Assembly: GCA_963693365.1 (NCBI GenBank)
Contig: CAVNZM010000009.1
Coordinates: 4,901,745 to 4,965,744 of the forward strand
From: Amoebidium appalachense
Taxonomy: Eukaryota > Protista > Ichthyosporea
Reading direction: 5' to 3'
DNA length: 64,000 nucleotides
The stretch's first letter is position 1. The number at the start of each line of letters is the position of its first letter. Under the pieces are notes generated by a model. That model ran no database searches and was not told where the DNA came from. It saw nothing but the letters and a program-made list of their open reading frames with translations. The position numbers were made by a program, and so were the translations under genes. Positions 14,768 through 31,716 of this stretch are shown piece by piece.

Positions 14768-14998
14768 GGGGAGGGCTCCCGTGCACAGACTTGATCACAT
14801 AGCGGAATGCAGCAAGACAGCGAGCAAGTGTGTGAATAGACGGACATTTAGATGGATGCGCACGCGCAGACTTGTAGAGTGCAAGCAAAATCCTATCTGG
14901 AAAATGTACACACGCCCACAAGCACACACACTGGCAAGCACACATAAATATGCACGCGCACACAGACACCCACACACACAGTCACGCACACATACACA

Positions 14999-15058
<60 letters not shown>

Positions 15059-15285
15059 GTCAAACACCCACGCTCACATACGCATACCCCCACACACACA
15101 CATACGGTGACACACACACACGTATACACACAACACACACACACAACACACACACGACACACAGACAGTGTTTTGACCGATGCATAGGGCTCAGTTGACA
15201 TGTCCAAATACAATGTCTACATATCATACTCATGCCCACACACAGAGAGAGTGGGAGGCAAAGCAGACACACAAATACACACTCG

Positions 15286-15354
<69 letters not shown>

Positions 15355-15378
15355 GACACACACATACACACAGACACA

Positions 15379-15448
<70 letters not shown>

Positions 15449-15602
15449 ACACACACACGAAACACACACAGTGTTTTGACTGATGCATAGAGCTCAGTGA
15501 CATGTCCAAATACGATGTCTACATATCATACTCATGCATGCCCCCACACACAGAGAGAGTGGGAGGCAAAGCAGAGACACAAATACACACTCGAGTACAC
15601 GC

Positions 15603-15672
<70 letters not shown>

Positions 15673-15801
15673 CACACATTACACCCACCCAATATTGCCT
15701 GTGTGTGTCCTCCTGCACCAAACGTGCCATCGATAAACAGCCCACCAGCCTCGGCTCTCAGCCCGTCCATACACTCATTCAAAAGCACAGGTATGTGTGG
15801 C
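7127..15801 (-). CDS. METTL15: METTL15/RsmH (MraW)-family rRNA m4C methyltransferase, multi-exon, possibly pseudogenised; 5' exon not located
   Basis: Exons on minus: 15801-15689 ([20 protein letters not shown]), 14484-14341 (GMDRDP..GRF, frameshifted), 13697-13646 ([14 protein letters not shown]), 12235-12098 ([12 protein letters not shown]), 11290-11212 (YGGE..IAEAIV), 10583-10503 (TRQLSNIV), 10075-10011 ([17 protein letters not shown]), 8955-8877 (LLDVGGRLA), 7902-~7846 ([13 protein letters not shown]), 7245-7127 ([15 protein letters not shown]). Motifs are in family order and splice phases are consistent except at the lesions. Confidence 0.9.
13030..13612. repeat. G-rich minisatellite, ~41-bp unit, about 14 copies, inside a METTL15 intron
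   Basis: Unit GGATGGAAGGTGGGTGGGTGTGTGTGTTAGGGGAG(G)n, with copies differing almost only in G-run length. Confidence 0.95.
14509..14670. repeat. (AAT)n microsatellite
   Basis: About 160 bp of nearly pure AAT repeats. Confidence 0.95.
15166..15600. repeat. Tandem duplication of a ~125-bp unique core separated by (CA)n, period ~300 bp
   Basis: CAGTGTTTTGAC.GATGCATAG.GCTCAGT..ACATGTCCAAATAC...CTCGAGTACAC occurs at ~15166 and ~15469. Confidence 0.9.
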
Positions 15802-16151
15802 CTGCAGGTGGTGCACGGGTTATTTTTTGGGCCCGGGGAGGGAGCGGGGGGGGGGGGGGGGGGGGGGAGGGGGGAGGAAGGGCGGGCTGCGGTAGGGGGG
15901 AGAAGGGTGGGGGGGGGGGGGGGGGGGGGGGTATGTAGTATTTCATTATATTCCACTTTATACACTTATTTTGTGTATTGGGGGGGGGGGGAGGGGGGAG
16001 GGTGGTAAAGAGGGAGGGGGGAAGGGGGAAGGGGGAGAGGGGGAGAGGGGGCAGGGGGGGACTAGAATATTTTGTATTAGAGCAGTATTTCAATACATTT
16101 CACCTTTTGCTTCATTGTGTGTGTGTGTGTGGGTGTGGGTGTGAGTGTTGG

Positions 16152-16182
<31 letters not shown>

Positions 16183-16742
16183 TTTGAAATAGTCGTAGAA
16201 GCTATGTGTACCCGACGCCTCCCGTGCTGAAAACAAGACTGAGAGCCAGTTAGGGCACGCAAGAGGTCTCTTGACAAAGCGCATGGGTAGCCGGTGCAGG
16301 AATAGAGATCGGAAAAACTGAAACACACAGAGTTGAAAGGCCATGTGTGTCCATATTGGTTTCTGCATGCGCTAAAACGGCTCACGTGAAACACCATGAC
16401 TAAAACCATCTGTCTCATCCATAGTGTTTCAAAAAGAGACAGAATAGGGCTGGGGGGAGGAAAGCAAGGAGCTCGAGGGTGGGGGGGGCGGGGGAAGGGG
16501 GGAGAGGGGGGAGGAAGATCACGGATAGAGGAGAGGGAAAGAGGGTGAAATGAGCACGGAGGGGAGGGGGGAGGGGGGGAGGGGGGGCAAATGATGGCCC
16601 GACCGGTTTGTAACAGTGAAGGTAACTAATAGTACATCTGGCAGCGGGCGATGTTGCATGCGCACAAGCCTGAAGATGTGAGAAGGAAAACCCTAGTCAG
16701 CTTTAAGCGCGTCGTAACTCTCCTATGCAGCTATTAGAAATA

Positions 16743-16782
<40 letters not shown>

Positions 16783-19700
16783 TCTCACTCTCTCTCTCTC
16801 TCTGTCGCCCTCTCTCTCTCTTCACTGAGACAAAAACAACTTCGGACTCATGGGCCGCTCCTCTCCTCATTAGCCCAGGCCCGGGAGGAATAGATCTATT
16901 TGCCATCAATGCTTTTTCTTATGTTTTAAGATTGGTAAAAATGGCGGGAAATCTCGCCTCCGATCTGCCGGATTCATCAGTGAGGGAGGGAAAGACAGAG
17001 AGGTGGCCCAAACTCTTACGAACATTTTGTGCTATGTGTGTTTTTTGTCGATTTCCGCTGAGACTCCACTAAGGATGACATTGTAGGCTAACGTATAGCA
17101 TGTCCACCTTACAGCACCATTACACACCTGTTCATATTCGCCAGCGCTGACAACTCAGAGCACCCGGCTAACCACACGAGCCACGGACTGTCAGCTGATT
17201 TGGTGACACCACGCATCATCCTCTTGAATTTTTCCCTTTTTTTCTTTTTTTTTTCTTTTGCGTTGGTTAAAAAGAGGTGATTTTGGAGGCGGTACTTATG
17301 GTTGGTTCAAGTTATACAGCTTTGATGTGGTGTTTGATGTAACCGCTTTTGATTCACTTCATGTTTGTTGAACAAGAAAATGCATAGTGCTGGGCCTTCC
17401 ACGTGCACCCATTCAATAGAATGTGTACGTACCACCTTCCTGTATGGGCCAACGATCCGGGGCCTCGGTGTGGCCCTGAAGCTCGGCTAGCTGCCTGCTA
17501 ACTAGTCTTTCAATTAGTATTGACACGTGCACCACATCATCACATCTTCGTCTCACCTCCAACCAACATACAATCACAAAACGTTATAACGAAGCTTGAA
17601 GTCACATGCGCACCATTAGGGTCGTTCCCCCCCCCCCCCCCCTCCCCCCCATCTCCTCCCCACCCCCCCCCCCCCCCCTTTCCCTCCCCCCCTCAGCTCC
17701 CCCCCTCCCCCCTTAGGAGTCACTCTTCCACCCTCTACCCCTCCCCCCCTTCCTCCTCCGCCCGGCATATACATCCACCCTCAATGGGGATGTCTCGGTC
17801 TGGATAGGGGCATCCATAGTTTTGAAGGAGCAAGCGAATCCACGTGTGCGTTTCTGGTGTACTTCTTGGGATCTGGTGTACGTCTTCTAAGGATGGGTAC
17901 AGTATGACATGATGTTGGTGAGCGGGTTGGTGGGCCACGCTGCAGTTGGGTGGACGGCGTGTGCCCATGGGTGTGTGTGTGGATAGTGATTGATAGATGG
18001 GTTGATGTGTGAGTGACCCTCGCGCACATGCAAAATCTGGCGCGATAAGATATTGTGCCGATATCAGTATGGTGGTTGGCGCACGGCATTGGAGGTACCG
18101 AAGGTAGCTTTTTGATCATGTGGGGAATTATCCGGGAATGCCACATACATAGAAGTGTATTTCCTTTAGGCCAATTAATTGTCCCCATTCCAGCACATCC
18201 AGGTCAAGCCAATGGCCCAGCGTATAAAACAAAAATTGGAACTGTAATCTTTTCCCTGGTGACATTACTATTCTTCCTTTCTTTCTTTCTTTTTTTTTTT
18301 TCCTTTTCTTTTCTCTTTTTGTTGTAGCATGGCACATCTGTACCATGCTTCCGTTAAAACGATGGTGCGCAGCTGATGCGCAGCACGCCAATCATATAGC
18401 TAGAAATCCCCCTGACCCGACCCGACCCGGAAACCTAAAAGAAACCCCCTCAGCCATTCAGAGAGAAAGTTGGGTTGGTGCATGCAGACCGGGAGGAAAT
18501 GCATTCTGAGTTATGGGAAACATTGAGTCTGCATCTTTCAGGGTTTGCTATATATGGAAGAGTTTTGTTGGGCTTTGTTTTGTGTTGTGATGAACTCCCG
18601 ATCCACCATGTGGTACCCGGTGAAGCGCTTAGTGGGGGACGGTAAGTCTCTGCGAGGAGGTAAATTTTGAAGCGAGAAGAATAAGACTAACACTGCACAC
18701 CCACCCTCATACATGTACTGGTAACAAAAAGGCACCTGCCCCTTCCAGGCCAGCCTTAGACGTACGAGCCTCACCTAATTTTATACACTCTGCCGGAGAG
18801 GTTAGCACTTACCGAACCCCTTGTTGAATACCAACATACCACCAGCACAGTGGTTATCTGCCAACTTTTAAATCTTGATCACCCCATAACCAGGCATAGG
18901 GACCTAACCAAACACAAACTGGCCTGAAATCTCCCTACCTGGCATGATGAACGTGTACATAGGACCCCCCCCCCCCCTCTCTTCCCCCCCCCCCCACCTT
19001 TTCACTCCCCGGGCCCTCCCTCCCCCCTTCCCCTCCTCCCTCCCCCCCCCCCCCCCCCCCCTCCCCCCCTCAATCCCTTTCCCCCCTGCCCTCGGAATAC
19101 ACACCCCGGCCTCTCCCATGAGGCGCACAAATTTGTATTCCAATATGAATCATGATGTATTTTTATTTTTATTAAAGATGTTGTGTTGAGGTAGCTAGCT
19201 TATGTCTCCCCACCTCTACACAACGGGCTTTAGTGGGGCTGTGTGATTGGTGGACTGTATTCATGAGTTCTTTCGTGAGGTTGGGACCCAGCATAAGACG
19301 GAGGTACTGGGACAGACATTGGTTCCAAATTTCAACTGAGAAGCATGATTTCCCCCCCCCCCCTCCCCCCCCCCCCTGAATATTAATAATAATAATAATC
19401 ATTGAATAATAATAATGATGATGAAGAAGAAGAAAAATCATATACCACCACACCACCAACACGTGGCACCACTCCCACCGCTGCCCCCTTCCCCCCCTCC
19501 GACCCACCACCACCACCACCACCACCACCACCACCACCACCACCACCACCACCACCATCCATCATCCAGAAAAACAACTTGAACGAACAAACGGGGGAGG
19601 GGAGGGGAGGGGAGGCTAGCTTCCTTCCTTTTTTGCGAGCCTGTTTCGGTTGCCCCGTTCCCCTGCCTCCCTCCCCCTCCCCCCTCCTTCCTCCTGGGCA

Positions 19701-19839
19701 AACAATCCTCCCAACCCCTCTCCCCCTCTCCCCCCTCTCCCCCCTCCCCCCCCCCCCTCCCCCCAACACACATGTACACACACACACACACACTCACACA
19801 CACCCCTCCCCCCTACCCCTCCCCCCCTCCCCCCCCTCG

Positions 19840-19910
<71 letters not shown>

Positions 19911-21126
19911 ACCACCACCACCACCACCACCACCACTCCACCACCACAACCACCACCTATTACAGTAACTGCCCACGGACTCGAAATACTGTGCACCTTG
20001 AGACTGTAAATCATGGCCGTGCAGGCCAGCACATCATCACGGTCGGCTCATAATCACCCCCCCCCCCCCCCCCCTCTCTCTCTACCCCCCTCACTCCCCC
20101 CCCCCCCCCCCCCCCCCCCCCCACAAAGAAAGAAAGAGAAAGAAACTTGAAGGGAGAAAAGAAAAATTAAATCCCCCCTCTATTCTTGCCTATACCCCCC
20201 ACCACCACCACCACCATCAACACCACCATTGCCCCCTCTCCCCTTCTCCCCTACCCAACCCCACCCCTACCACCACCACCACCACCTGCCCGCTCACCCG
20301 CCCACCCACCCACGACCACCACCACACAGTTCTTGGAGCCCCAGCCCAAGGATTACTAATGATGGAATGGTTTTCGCCAGTCCCTTCCCGCTACCCATCC
20401 CCCATCCCAACAAAAGCTCACGCGACTGCGGTGTGGGCATTCCTCTCCCTCCCCCCCTCCCCCCCCCCTCCCTCCCCCCCGCAGCTGCCCCTTCTCCCTC
20501 GTGCCCACCCCCTCCCCCCAATGGAAACTCCTACCGTTTCTTTTCCCTCCCTCCCCCCAGACTCAGCTCTTTCCGAAGGGGTTCTCTTCCCATGCCCCCA
20601 AGCCCTGCGGCCTCCCCCTCCCCCCCCCCCCCCCCCCCCCCCCCTATACACATCCACACACACACGGCCCCCCCCCTGCCCGGTCCCCCACTCCTCCGAA
20701 CCTCTACCCTGGCCCGCCCAGCAGCCACGTGTGGCAGAGATTACGTCACACACTGTGATGTCTTGGCGCACACACCGCACACACACACACACGGGATGCA
20801 CAGCACACATACCGCCAATAGCATCATACGGACTTACAAGACATTTGAGTTCATCACATGGGGGCTTTGCACGGCTCTAAGGCCCACCCTAATCGAACTT
20901 AAAAACGGAGGCCTCCCACCCAAGGTGACTTTCATAAAGAACTTCAACGGACAAAAAAACACAGGCACATGCATTTATGAATATCCCAGACATACTGAGC
21001 AGGCACACACAGCGTTACTTTGGGACCACACACGAAATGAGCGACGTGCATGCAGGACCCTGGCCGAGAAGCATGGTGGTGCATGCTGGCAAGGAGGGTG
21101 TGTTGTGAAAATGTGTGTGTGTGTGC

Positions 21127-21181
<55 letters not shown>

Positions 21182-21226
21182 GTGTGTGTGTGTGTCGGTG
21201 TGTGTGTGTGTGTGTGTGTGTGTATT

Positions 21227-21257
<31 letters not shown>

Positions 21258-21266
21258 GTGTGTGTG

Positions 21267-21321
<55 letters not shown>

Positions 21322-21388
21322 GTGTGTGTGTGTGTGCATGTGTGCGTGTGTGTGTGTGTGTGTGCGCGCGTGTGCATGTGTGTGTGTC

Positions 21389-21470
<82 letters not shown>

Positions 21471-21864
21471 CAAGGGGGTTCTTTCGGGGGGGTGGGGAGG
21501 GGGTTGGGGGGGGGGAGGGGGGGGGTATGAACGTGTGTCTTTGGATTCCCTCCGTCATATGCATACGCACGTTTTTCTTTGAGTTGTAAGAATTTTTTCT
21601 GAAGGTGTTAGTACAGTGTATATTGACATGCACAGCATGCAAATGGTATTGGAATTGTCCATCACTGTACATACATACGCAAGTTCACCGAAGGATATAG
21701 CTCCTTTTGTTTAACATTGGGGAGCATGGACTCTGATATACATTCGTTCATTTCGTCGTAAGTTCTTAGCATACGTAATAGTTTCACCTAAATATTCTAT
21801 TTGACGTTAAACGAGCATCAATCCCTACATCTCCTCTCTGTCGCTTATTTCGAGGTTTGTTCAA

Positions 21865-22398
21865 CTAGTTGTCGAATGTGGTAGCAACCCAATAATCGAT
21901 GCAGTCCGGGGCGTCCGAGGTCGGCTGGTCGTCACCCTTCTTATTGTTCCACGACGTCTCGCAAAAGCGGTGGCAGTTACGCAAAAACGACGTGGGAACC
22001 CTGTCGCCGTTCTCCTGTGCGTTCTTGTACTTCTGGTCGCACGCCTTCTTGCACGTTTTTGTGTAAGTGACCATCTTCTTGCATCCAACTGCGCACCTCC
22101 TCCTCAGCTTCTCGTTTTTGGGGTAGGCGAGCGCGCAATCCTCACTGCACACCGTTTTCTGGTCGATTGTGACAGAGCCGCAGCATTTTTGTGGCGAGCA
22201 GACAGGCAGACCGGCTCCCGCCTCCTTAACGCAGTGAACATACAACTTGGGCAGCCTACCCTTGGGGCAGCTTTCACCGGCCCAGCCCAGATAGGTGGAA
22301 CACATGAGTTGGCAGTTTCCGTCTTGGCTGTTGTCTGTGGTTGCAGTGGAGGCGGTGAGTGAGAGGGCACAGGCGAGAATAACAGAAGCGAATTTCAT
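21865..22398 (-). CDS. Secreted cysteine-rich protein (177 aa)
   Basis: Signal-peptide-like N-terminus MKFASVILACALSLTASTA, many Cys, no intron, TATA and CCAAT elements upstream. Confidence 0.85.
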   Translation of the reverse strand: MKFASVILACALSLTASTATTDNSQDGNCQLMCSTYLGWAGESCPKGRLPKLYVHCVKEAGAGLPVCSPQKCCGSVTIDQKTVCSEDCALAYPKNEKLRRRCAVGCKKMVTYTKTCKKACDQKYKNAQENGDRVPTSFLRNCHRFCETSWNNKKGDDQPTSDAPDCIDYWVATTFDN

Positions 22399-22480
22399 TT
22401 TCGTAATTATTGTTAAGAGAATCGACTTGAATTGTTTCTGTGTTACGTTGGTCTGATCTGGTCTAATCAGTGTGAGCGGA

Positions 22481-22565
22481 GTTTATATACCGTAGGGCAT
22501 CCTCATCGCCGAGATATGATTGGCTAATAACAGATACCTATCTAGATGCAATACGATTGGTTACG
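22481..22565 (-). promoter_or_regulatory. Putative TATA box (TATATAAA) plus CCAAT boxes for the Cys-rich gene
   Basis: Minus strand reads GTATATAAAC at 22490-22481 and CCAAT at ~22520 and ~22558, about 85-160 bp upstream of the ATG. Confidence 0.55.
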
Positions 22566-22988
22566 CTTCGATGGCGAGGAATGGCGACTCGTGCAAGTTT
22601 GACGTGGTTACGTGACGGTTATCGATAGTCAAAAGCAAACTTTACCATGGCGTTATTTGTTATATATAGAGCAAGGATTTGTGTAATAATTTGGGTTTTT
22701 GACTCTAAACATACTTCAATTTTTCACAAGTATACCGTGTGCGGACTGTACGGTACGGGAACATTCTATTCATTATTTCAGGCTTCTCGATCTACATCGC
22801 AATCTGGCCGGTGCTGGAGAAGCAAATCATACTCTGCATAAAACACCTATGTTTGGTTATTCTTTAAGAGCCGCTTCCTATTGGGGTAATGTTCGGCGCA
22901 ATCCATGCCAACCATTTGTGATTGGCTGTTAGGGACTGGCCGGATCTATCGCAGATAGCTCACATCTGGCGGTTACACCCTCGTTTCC

Positions 22989-23025
<37 letters not shown>

Positions 23026-23598
23026 CCATCTGACAACCTATGTCAACACGTTGACATGTGAACATACGTGTGTGTGCCGGTTCAGCAGCGTGCATGTTAC
23101 TCACGTTCCTTGCGTGCATGATCAACCGTCAGTCATGAGTGTATTATAGAAGTGTTGCTGTAACGTGTGCCCATGCCAGGTAGGATCATCATACTGTTGC
23201 ATAACGTTGTAAGAATATACTGATATTACGTGAGAGCCGTCGATGCCGAGGGCACGAATTTACTACATAGAGGCCGCAAAACAGAAAATCATGCAGCAGC
23301 AAAATATTTATTATTTACATGTAGAAGAGAGTGCCATACAAACACCGGGCTCTTTGGTTTTTAGAGTCACGTGTTGGTGTGTGTGTGTACATGTGTGTGT
23401 GTGTGAGGTGTGTGTGTATCCGCGGGGGGGGGGGGGGGGGGGGGGGGGGGGGAGAGGGGGGGGGGGAAGCATCAACCCCCAAGGACGGGGGGGGGGGGGG
23501 GGGGGGAGGGGGGAGGGGGAGGGGGAAGGCTCCGGCTCGGGGCGGGAGGGGAGGGGGGGAGGCAGCCTAATAATAGCATCAAAACCACCAGCTCTCTC

Positions 23599-23634
<36 letters not shown>

Positions 23635-24374
23635 CCCCGCCCCTTCCCTGCCTCCCCTGCAGCTAACCGTATTAGTCGTTGTGGCAGGCACTCGTGCCCC
23701 CTCCCCCCTCCCCTCCCCGCTTCCTCCCTCCCTCCCTCCCTCCCCCCGCCGGCCCCCTCCCCTACCTTCTTGCCGCCTCTTTGTTGTTGGTCCCCCCCCC
23801 CCCCCCTTCACCCCACTCTCCCCCCCCCCCTCCCCCCCCCCCCCCCCCCCAAAAAAAAAAAAAAAAAAGAAGGAAAGAAAAGAAAAAACAGCAAAAGCCT
23901 CTTCTGAATAGGTGTTCTCTTTACCTCCTGCAAATTGTGCAGTGGAGTGTGCAATATGGAGAACTTTAGAATCATTGGGAACGACAGGCATACTCAGTGG
24001 GAGAAAGTGTGCGGGTTTGCGCAAGTGTGCGTCCGATGCATGAAGGTGTACGCTCATTCAACAGCATATGTGCGACTCACAGGCAGGGCATGCAAAACTT
24101 GCGTGCCACAATGTTATGTTGCGTGCCACCACACTGCCACCCTGTTCGGGTGCACTATGTGCGTGCACGCCAATGGTGTTTGCACTTGTGCTTGTGTGTG
24201 TGCGTGTGTGGTGTGCAGGCGTGTGTGTACATGACATTGCGCGTGCCTGTGTGAAAGCGTGTTGGCGTGCGTGCATGAAAGTATGTGTGCGACGTGCACG
24301 GGTGCGCGTGTGCGTGCGTGTTCGTGTTGTTGTTTGTGTTCGTATTCGCGCGCGCGTGTCGCATGTGTGTGTGT

Positions 24375-24429
<55 letters not shown>

Positions 24430-25315
24430 CACGCGGCGCGTTTGTGTGTGCGCTTGTGTGTGACTGTGTGTGTGTGTGTGTGTGCGCGTGTGTGCGTGTA
24501 TGCGTGCGTGCGGGATTTTGCTGTAACGCCATAGTATCTGCATGCCATACCGGCCATTAAAGCATATACTGTAACAGAACCAGATGTTTCATTGGGTCAA
24601 ATTTTATTGCTGATTCCGTATCGAATTACTAAACATCGGCGAATCACAACAGTTAGCAAAGATAATCACGTGTCACTTTCTTGTACAATGCCCAGAGCCC
24701 CCCCTCCCCCCCCCCCCCCCCCCCAAAAAAAAAAAAAAAAAAAAAAAAAAACTTTTGAAATAAATAAAATACACCAACCCCACCCCAATTCACTTGCTTC
24801 CCACTCCTCGTGCCAGAAAAATCTCAGACATTCTACCAAATGCACCAGACATTTAGGAAGTCTTGCTCGGCTAGACGGCAGAGAGCAGCACGTACTAAAG
24901 CATGTCACTCTTGGTGAGTTAGAGACAACTTCACGTGAATTTAACGCATAATGAATGAAGCTCCAGACCTTACCGTAGGGTATTCACGGGTTTTGCTCCG
25001 TAAGTATTTATCCCATGATGCCCATATGCACGAACTTTCATAGGAGTAGAGGACGTGTGTCTGCCTGTGCGCTTTAACACACGTTGTAAATATACCTCCT
25101 TTCATTGGAGTAACCGTCAAAACACTGCTGAATACCCATAGGTATATCCAACACATATCTCATTGTCTCATTAACCTTTCGCCACAAGAACAATCGGTTA
25201 AGGAAGGCAAATCTCCTTTTCCGCTGGATGTTGGGTTTACCTCCACCTCACCCCACCTCTCCCAGCTCTGCGGGGAATTTGTGCCCCCCCCCCCCCCCCC
25301 CAAATAATAAAAAAT

Positions 25316-25397
<82 letters not shown>

Positions 25398-25416
25398 GTG
25401 CGTGTGCGTGTGTGCG

Positions 25417-25472
<56 letters not shown>

Positions 25473-25505
25473 AGCTAAGCGTCTGTGACAGTGTATGTGT
25501 TTGGT

Positions 25506-25546
<41 letters not shown>

Positions 25547-25665
25547 CGCGCGCGCGCGCGCACGTGCGCAGGTGCACAGATGTATCGAAACTTATTTTGT
25601 GCATGTGTACATGTGGATGTTCTTGTGTAGTTTGTGCAGAAGAGGTAAAGGCGAAGGGCAAGAAG

Positions 25666-25723
<58 letters not shown>

Positions 25724-26336
25724 CTAAATGAGAGCGAGAGAGAATTGAAAAAGGCAGGTGAACGGGGGAAGAGGGGGGGGGGGGGGGGGGGAGGGGGGGG
25801 GGAAGAGACGGAGAGCTTGTGTGTCTTTGTGCTTCTTGCAGGCGACTGGGGTTACTTTGCAGGGCCACCTACAGTGCACACAGACAGCCTCAAGGAGCTT
25901 CGAGCTTTCGACCCACAGCGCCTCGGTGGAGCTCACACTACCTCGCTGCGAGGCACAGTGGTGATGTGCTCCTGAGCCTGCGAGAGAGCCGGTTGAAAAC
26001 GAAGAGTGTAGGCCCACGGTAGGTTAATGGGCTAAATGAATGAGAGGACCGTCAGCATGCGAACTTTTGAATGCTTACCACGGTCATCTTGAACACAAGA
26101 TGGCTTGAACACGCTTGGTGGCGCTAACATTACTGTACTGTAGTTCGAGTTCCTCTCTCCGATAACAGGAGGCTCGTGCTCAGTTGCAATGCAAGGCCTC
26201 CTGTGTAGCTCCTCCTGCCAGAATCTGAAAGAGCGCACCACAAATATTTCCCGCCAAATTTGATATTTGCGTAAAGCGTGTGTGAATGACGTCATGAGCT
26301 AAATTTGATTGGTGCACATAACACCAATAAGTATCC

Positions 26337-30042
<3,706 letters not shown>

Positions 30043-31310
30043 TTATGAGAGTGCTTGCAAAGCGAATTAAATTTCTTGTAAAATAAAAGGCAAGTGTTGA
30101 CAAAGCTCAACATTCTATCCATATAAGGAAGGTGTGCAAACTCGCTTGGCAATAAAAAAGGCAAGGCACAGCCTAGCGCTGTCAGAACGTTTTTAAAAAA
30201 TTTATCAGAATACAGTTCAGTAGGGGGCACTTGCTTGAAAGTGGTGCTATTACTCCTCTGCACATACAGGAAAACGACTTCCATCTCCTTCTTCTTCTTC
30301 TATCCTTCTTTCTTTCTTTCTTTCTTGCTTTCCTTTTTCTGCTTTTGTAATTGAAATTTAGAAAGATTTGGAAGAAATTCGACCGAGTATTTTCTGGGCA
30401 CACCAAACGTGGAACAGCTTGCTAGCGGCAGATTCTAACTTATGTAATACAGCAACAATCAACACCACAAGGTGGAGATGAGAACTCTTGGGCATTTTTT
30501 AGCCTTGAAACTTGACGGAGAAAAACACGTCAATAGCGTGGGCTAGTCGCTGCGGCACTGCTCTGCCGTTGCATACAAAACTTTGTATGTGCACACCTTC
30601 ATGGACCGCCGTGTGGAAAGGATGAGTGCACCGGGACAAGATGAAGAAGGGCGATCGTTGCTGCCTTTTGAGCAAAGTATGTTGGCAAACCTGTTTTGAG
30701 TTTTTTTCAATGATTTTTAGCATGCAAGAGGGGTGATGGATAACTTTGTGTAGGTCACACTGTCGTGTCTTTACAGTAGTGACCTCTTGACGCTTGGTTG
30801 GTAACAATGGATTTCAGGTGACCCCGCAAGTGGGGAGGGGTAGGGGGCCCCGGTTCATTTCCACACCGTTCCCTCGGGTGCAATGACACGTGCTAATAAC
30901 ACCCCATTTTTATGATTCGATATTTATGAATACATCGGCCATCACAAACAATTCTGCCGCTCCTGTAGCTCACTCAGGCTTTATAACCCTCCCCCCCCCC
31001 CCCCCCCTCCCTCCCTCCCTCCCCCCCCCCTCCCCACACACTAACAACATTGCAACCATCTCGCATAGCACGCTTCCATCTCGCATGTCACACTTAGCTC
31101 CAACCGCAACCATTTTGCGCCTGCGACCCCCCAACTTGTGACAAAACATTGCACCTGCATGTCTTAGAGCCTTGTCGAGTATTATTCTGATGTTTCTGCA
31201 CCCTGACACACCCCTCCTCTTACGATGAGCATCATTGTTGTTACTATCCCCCCTCTCCCCTCCCCCCTCCCCCTCCCCCCTCCCTCCTCTCCTTCGAGCA
31301 CACACAAACA

Positions 31311-31376
<66 letters not shown>

Positions 31377-31716
31377 TGTCTACGATAAGCAAAAGGAAAC
31401 AAAGGTTAGGCAGGAAAACAGAAGAAGAATAGAAATCTGAGAAGGAAAGAATAAACATTTCAAACTTCTGGTGCTAATTGGGAGGTGTGCGCCAGAAGGA
31501 TATCTTTAGAGAGGGAAGGGAAGGATGGATAGGAGAAAGTATTAGGAATAAGCAAAAAAAAAAAAAAAAAAGGATCATGGTCCATACTGCTCACTTTACT
31601 TACCTTCCTACGCACTCTTCCTTCCATCCTTGTCAGTGTTTTTCTTGTTTCTCGCTCCGTGTTCCATGTGTTCACACCTGATCCCGCTCCCCAACCTTAA
31701 CTTCTCCACCTCACAG

